From contig WELA01003606.1 of the NCBI GenBank assembly GCA_009602735.1, positions 655,602 through 719,601 on the forward strand: DNA of 64,000 bases. Reading direction: 5' to 3'. Made by a program: the position numbers and the translations under genes. Every line of letters begins with the position of its first letter. The first letter of the stretch is position 1. The notes under the pieces are model-generated. The model was not told the DNA's origin. It did no database searches and saw only the letters and a program-made list of their open reading frames with translations. Origin of the DNA: Mesotaenium endlicherianum. Its lineage: Eukaryota. Below are positions 58,120-64,000 of the stretch, in pieces.

Positions 58120-61100
58120 GTTGTCCGTGAATGGTAGATTCTCTGTTAACAAGAGCACTTTGTCGCCCACATAGAATGTCACTTCCCTCTGTGCTTGTTA
58201 GCATACTTGACCTACTCTTCTTGTGCCTTCCGAATACACATCTTTGCCATGTTATAAGTCTTTGCCATCTGCTCCATAAAAGCTTGTGTAGCAGAAGCCT
58301 GAGTCTCCTTGGCCTTCTCGAGCAAGATGTTCCCTGGATGATATACATTTTGCCCATATACCATAGTGAATGGTGACTGTTTGGTAGATCCCTGCATGCT
58401 GTTGTTGTGGGGAAACTCCAACCTTGGCACCTTCGTGTCCCACTCTGAAGGGTCTTCCATAGTGAAACTCCTGAGCACCTCTTGCAGAGTTCTGTTGAGC
58501 CTCTCACTCTGCCGGTCTGTTTGAGGATGATAGGAAGTGCTCATACTCATCTTGGTCCCCATCAAAGTAAACAATGACCGCCAAAAGTTGCTAGTAAACC
58601 TTGAATTCCGATTTGAAACAATCACCTTCAACAACCCATGTAGTATGAAAATATGGTCAAAGAATAACCGTGCCACATTTGCTGCTGTAGAAGTCACCTT
58701 CATGGCAATGGCGTGAGCCATCTTGATGAATCTATCGAACACAATCCGTACTGCATTGTGCCCTTGACCACTAACTGGTAATGATGTGATGAAGTCCATA
58801 GCAATTTGCTCCCAAGGATACTCTGGAATAGGCAGGGGTAGCAAGGTACCTTCCTTCATTTGATTTGGTGTCTTGTATTTCTGGCACGCATCGCAACTCC
58901 TGATCCACTCCTTAATGTCCTTGTCCATATTTCTCCAATAGTACTCTCGTTTTAGCACGCTTGCCGTCTTCTTGCTTCCAAAGTGTCCAGCATATAAGCA
59001 ATCATGATGCTTCGCAAGTAGTAGATCTCGTAGTTTCTTGATGTTTGGTACCACCACTCTCTTGGAATCACCATAATACCATATGCCGTCCTTCTTCTGC
59101 ATACTTGAGTTAAACTCAGCTGCTCCACAATCTGTAAACTCTGGGTCCTCCTCATGACCTTCCTTAAGTTTCTCCTTGAAGTCCATACTCTCCTTGATGA
59201 TCAAGACAGTTGCAAGGTCACACCTCCTGAATAAAGCATCTCCAGGGTTGATTTTCTCAGGTAAGTACTCAATTTTGTGGACGAATTGTTGCAGAAACTC
59301 CATCCACCTTGCCTGTCTTGGTGTCAACGTTGGCTGCGTCATGAATCTCTCCAAGCTCTTGTGGTTGGTCTTGATAAATATCTTTCATTTGTCCACATAA
59401 CATCGTCAAATCCTTAAAACCTGGATAATAGCCAACATCTCCCGCTCGTGTGCTGCATAGTTTCGCTCAGCAAGACCCAACTTCCTGCTCTCATAGGCCA
59501 TAAGTTGCAATCCTTTGCCCTGGTCTTGGAGAAGAATGGCTCCCACTGCAAAGTTTGATGCGTCCGTGATGATGGTGAAAGGAAGCTGTGGACTTGCAAT
59601 TGCCAACACAGATGCCTGTGTCAACGACTTCTTAATCTTCTCAAAGGCTTGTTGCTCCTTGTCACCCCATAGCTACTTCTCCTGCTTCTTCAACATGTTC
59701 GTGAGCGGTGCACACACCTTGGCAAATTCTTCAATGAAGCGTTAATAATTTGCCATGCCAAGGCAGGCTCAGGAAACTCCTGAGTTGATGAGTATCAGCA
59801 GGTACCGACCAATCTCTGACTGCTTGCACCTTCTTTTGCTCCACGTGGACTCCTTCAACTCCCACTATGTGTCCAAAAAACTCAACTTCCTCAAGACAAA
59901 TGTCACACTTGCTGATCTTCCCATACATCTTCTGATCTCTCAAGACCTCCAACACCTTCTCGAGATGCTCCACATGCTCTTTCAAGGTCTTTGATTAGAT
60001 CAAGATGTCCAAAAATACCACCACAAACCGGTCCAAGTCGGGTCCGTAGTATTCATGAGTTCTATGAATGTAGTAGGTGCATTAGTCAACCCAAAAGGCA
60101 TGACTATGAACTCGAATAAGCCATAGCAAGTCCTAAAAGCAGTCTTCTTAACGTCTCCTTCCCCAATCCGTACTTGGTGATAGCCACTCCTCAAATTGAT
60201 CTTCGAGAAACACTTCGCTCCAACACGCTCGTCAATCAACTCATCCTCTCGTGGCAGTGGGTACCTATTCTTGATAGTGATCGTGTTGAGCGCTTGGTAG
60301 TCGACGCGCATCCTCATAGCCCCATCCTTCTTCTTCACAAATAAGACTGGCGCTGCAAATGAAGACTGGCTAGGTCGGATGAATCCTTTCTCCAATAACT
60401 CTGACAGCTGCTTCTTCAACTCATCCAATTCCGCAAACCAATTGTTGATAGGCGGGCCTCACTGGTGGCTTGCTCTTTGGTTCCAACTCGATCTTGTGCT
60501 CTATAGCTCTCTGTGGAGGTAATCCTGCAGGTAGCTCCTCAAGATTACGCACTTGAACTCCTCCAACGGCGCCTTAATTTGGGCAAGCATCTCAGCAGGC
60601 TTTTTCTTCTCTTAAGCAATTGGGCTCTGCTCCTTTTGAGCAAGAAGATCAGACATTGTTACTTGCTCCTCTAACAACGCGCACTCGTCCAGGCATTTAA
60701 AATTCACACTTCCTCCATCTAATGATCGGGCCAGGACCACCAAAATAAGGTACATCTCCTTTACCTGATTCACCCTGCATACCTTTTTAACTTGCAGGCT
60801 CGACAGAAGACAGTTACTTGTGGTCGTATCTACCTCCACCTGTTCGCTGTCTCCATTTGACCATCACGCCCTTCAACTTTCACTTGTCCCGTGCTCTAGT
60901 GCACTCAGTAATGCAATCAGTAAACTCATACATAAGCAAGGTTAGAAGACAGTGCGTATCAATGGCTTCTCGCCTTGGATTCAGATCTCTCTCAGTAAGC
61001 TGTACAAGAGAGTTGGCCTCGTTTTCGAATGCCAAACTCGAGAGCAATCCTAGCGTATGTACATGGAATGAGTTTATTGTTCAACGGCCAGTGCGATGGC

Positions 61101-62656
61101 ACCGCCTACCCGGGAGTTAACCACGTTGGTAGGACCTCGGTTAACCAAATCCACCGCCATCTCCCATCATCCCGAATCGCCATCCATCATAGGGATGTCA
61201 TCTGGCCATTCATCTAGCATACCATACTTCGATGCATATCGAGGCAGTTCGCTGCTACCGATTACGGAAGTCAGCTGGCTGTCAAAGAATGTGTCAGCAA
61301 GCTGACTTAAGTTGACTTCAGCCTGCTGCTTCCGGCTGAGTCATTAAACTGATATTTAATAAAGTCCAGCAGACTGATTATTAATTAGAGTTCAGCAGGC
61401 TGAACTTAATTAACTATTATATTTAAATGAACATTATATTTACTAATATAGTGATTCATTACAGTGCACCACACTTGAGTCTCTGCTCATTCGCCAAATT
61501 TGCCTCCTTAGGCTCATAATGCTTCTGCACAGGAATTCGCCACTCTTTCAACAGCTTCTTGTGCACAAAGTTTGCACTTGTGCCACTGTCAACCATATAC
61601 TTTGCCTTGTTGCCGTTGACTACTCCTTCCACGATAGTAGGCCTATGAATATCTTGTCTTCCACTTCTTGGCAGGCTCCTTGGGATAATCTCCTTGTGAG
61701 TTTCCTTCTTCACGCCAGTAGACACCCCAGAACGACTTCCTGACGTCCTCCTTTTTCTTGCTGTTGAGGTTGCTTCGCCTTCACACAATAATCTGGAGCC
61801 GAATGCCCCAAGCTTGCCACAATTATAGCCGGGTCCTCTTGGCTAGTAATTCTTCTCCCTGCGCTTGTTCTAAACAAGTCCCAACTCCATAGGTATAGGA
61901 CCTTGTCCACTCGTGCTTGGTGCTTGAGATCCAAAGGTCAATATCCTCCAAAGTTGTGGTTGCCCCACTGCCTCTAGCTATACTCCACAGCATCAACTCT
62001 CGTCGCCAATGCCATCATTTCTCCAAGATTGGTAGAGTTCTTGAGTGCCACTTCCTTGGCTACAGTTGGCTTGAGTTCCCTCTTGAACTTGTCTATCATC
62101 TTTGACTTGTGCATAGATGGGTGTTGAAATACCAGCTTGTTGAAGCGCGATACATACTCTTGAACACTTCCTCGTTGACAAAGGCGCACCAATGGGTCTC
62201 GGGCCGTAGCTTCGGGTGCAATAGGTTGAAATTGCCTCATCAAGCTGATTAACAGTAGTAGGAACTCCTAACAGCTGCTCTTCTTGCTCATACCAAGCTC
62301 CAGCACTTTTTCTCAATAAAGTGATCACAAAGGCAACTTGCCTGTCCGACGTGAGCGCAAAATCCTCCATAAACTTATTTACTCCAACAATCCATTAGTG
62401 AACAGGCAGCGATCCACGCTCTCCAGTGTATACTTCAAGCTTTGGCGCACGCACTTGCGATGCGGGTGGAATAATTGGTTGCACCATTGGTTGAACATGG
62501 ATTGGTGTATAGCAAGTGCAGGTGCCAAGCTCGTCGAAGCAACGTTCCTCACAACATTTTGCACCATTCTCTCCACCTTTGCGCGCATATTTTGGTGAAA
62601 TTGAGTGTAGAGTTCTCCCCAATTGCAATTGCCATTTGGTTTAGCATCGCCTGCAT
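58120..62656 (-). mobile_element. Element B3: older LTR-less internal copy of family B gag-pol
   Basis: Collinear with B2 from gag to integrase C-term; many stops. Confidence 0.88.
60906..61463 (-). repeat. Truncated family A LTR inside the B3 protease
   Basis: Matches 1593-~2150; intact end ...CATTACA at 61463. Confidence 0.88.
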
Positions 62657-62944
62657 CTCTGAGTATCGCAAACAAGCACTATACATGAGCATCATCGCGG
62701 CCACCTTCATGAGCGATGCGGCGGTATCACGTGGCCCTGCGTGCTTTTCAAAAATTGCAGTAAGGGTGCAGGGTGCGACCGGCATCATGGTGTGCTTGGG
62801 TCTGGGCAGCAACCTTTGCGCTGCTTTCCTAAGGGTACTAATTTTGTCGTGCGATGTGGGGCTAGGTGGCTCCGCTAATCGATGCACGCAAAAAATTGTT
62901 GCTGACGACAAATGGTATATAGACCAGGTGACACGCTCCTGGAT
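62657..62944 (-). pseudogene. Tyrosine recombinase N-terminal fragment, DIRS-like
   Basis: PSPTSH...LRKAAQRLL...AAMMLMYSACLRYSE resembles YR box I (catalytic Arg, G.R.SE); recognised by eye only. Confidence 0.65.
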
Positions 62945-63452
62945 GCTCCGATACCACTGTAGTGAAACAGATAGATAAAGTACTTAGTAATACAGAATAC
63001 TTTATCTATTCAAGACAAGGATCTTTGAACACAAGTGGTAGCTTCTTGAAAGAGAGATGGCTTCTTGAAAGTTAATATATTTCTGGATTTTGGCAAGTAC
63101 AAGAGTGATTCTGGAATCCCTTTCTATGTTCTAGCTCTTGTTTATATACTTGCTACATAAGTAATTTCTAGGAAGGTGTATGTTGATGTGTTGGCACCCA
63201 ACACATCCCAAAACTTGCCACCTCTTTCTAGAATAATGTACACATGTCCTTTTGACCTAAAAATGGCACATCTGACTTTTGCCACATGGAGTTCTTCTAG
63301 GTCTTTCCTCTAACTTCGAAAATGCCTTGGAAGGTTCAAAGGACATGAACCAAGTTACCTATTCACACTTGACTCCACACCATACTACTTCAAATATTTT
63401 TGAAAACATTAAAATATATGCAAACTAATGTATAATAACTCAAATCACTACA
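62945..63452 (-). repeat. Family C LTR (62958-63452) with PBS (62945-62956) but no C internal sequence
   Basis: Matches the C LTRs; TGGTATCGGAGC follows directly. Confidence 0.92.
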
Positions 63453-64000
63453 TTTCTCCTGCTGGTTGATGACATCAAACTTCTCATGCAACTTCTCGAC
63501 AAACTCTATCCACGTAGGGTCACCGAGTTGCCGAGCCTTACGCTCTCCTTTCCAATAAAGCCACTAGTCTGCGGCACTGCCTTTCAGTAGCGCCCCGGTG
63601 TGCCTGGCCTTCTCGTAATCTTGCAGTTCTGGGTAGTTCTCCAGCCACTGCTCAACATCCGCAAGAAACTTGATCAGGTAATATTTTCTAATTCCCTCAG
63701 GAGCATATTCCTGGGGAGGTTTTGGCTTGGGCTTACTAGGCCCTCTGCCACCACACCAGTGATTTGAGACCCAAGTTGGTCCCTGTCTCGCAGTAAGGAC
63801 ATTATGATTCGTTTGTCCTCTTGTTGAGACTGATACATGGTCGCCATTTGCGACTGCATTTGAACGAACAATGCTCCCAAGTCTTCACTCTGGGGTGGTA
63901 GTCTAGCAAATGCAGCAGCAGCATTGGCATCTACTCGCTGAGTAGGGTCCTCAACAGTCCCTCTCGCTCCTGCAGCAGCAATTCCTGCCACATTCAGGCG
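63453..64000 (-). pseudogene. Family A gag fragment (continues beyond window)
   Basis: Homologous to ~37847-38400 (AAGARGTVED...DLGALFV.MQSQMA). Confidence 0.88.

Noticed and set aside
60899..61469. Apparent GTGCAC target-site duplication around the A LTR in B3
   Set aside because: Comparison with B2 shows these are two native GTGCAC sites ~125 bp apart; host and LTR sequence are deleted, so it is not a TSD
1..64000. CRISPR arrays, rRNA/tRNA genes, host protein genes
   Set aside because: None recognisable; tRNA-like matches are only 11-12 nt primer-binding sites

Overview
Eukaryotic (probably plant/streptophyte, inferred from element types and tRNA-iMet primer sites) transposon-dense region with no recognisable host gene. 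It is a deep nest of LTR retrotransposons; family letters are my own labels. Three chromodomain Ty3/Gypsy families (A, B, C) occur in several copies, together with one Ty1/Copia, two PHD-finger Gypsy relics (E, F), solo LTRs, a CACT-ended DNA transposon with a 2-bp TSD, a DIRS-like tyrosine-recombinase fragment and a 400-N gap. The highlight is a decayed minus-strand Gypsy element (D, about 2.3-14.8 kb). Its polyprotein carries a complete C5 cytosine DNA methyltransferase domain (motifs I-IV, VI, VIII, IX, X in order) between protease and RT, hidden from the ORF track by stops and a frameshift. Family A also carries an unexplained, protein-conserved extra ORF after the chromodomain, preceded by duplicated PPT-like sequences.
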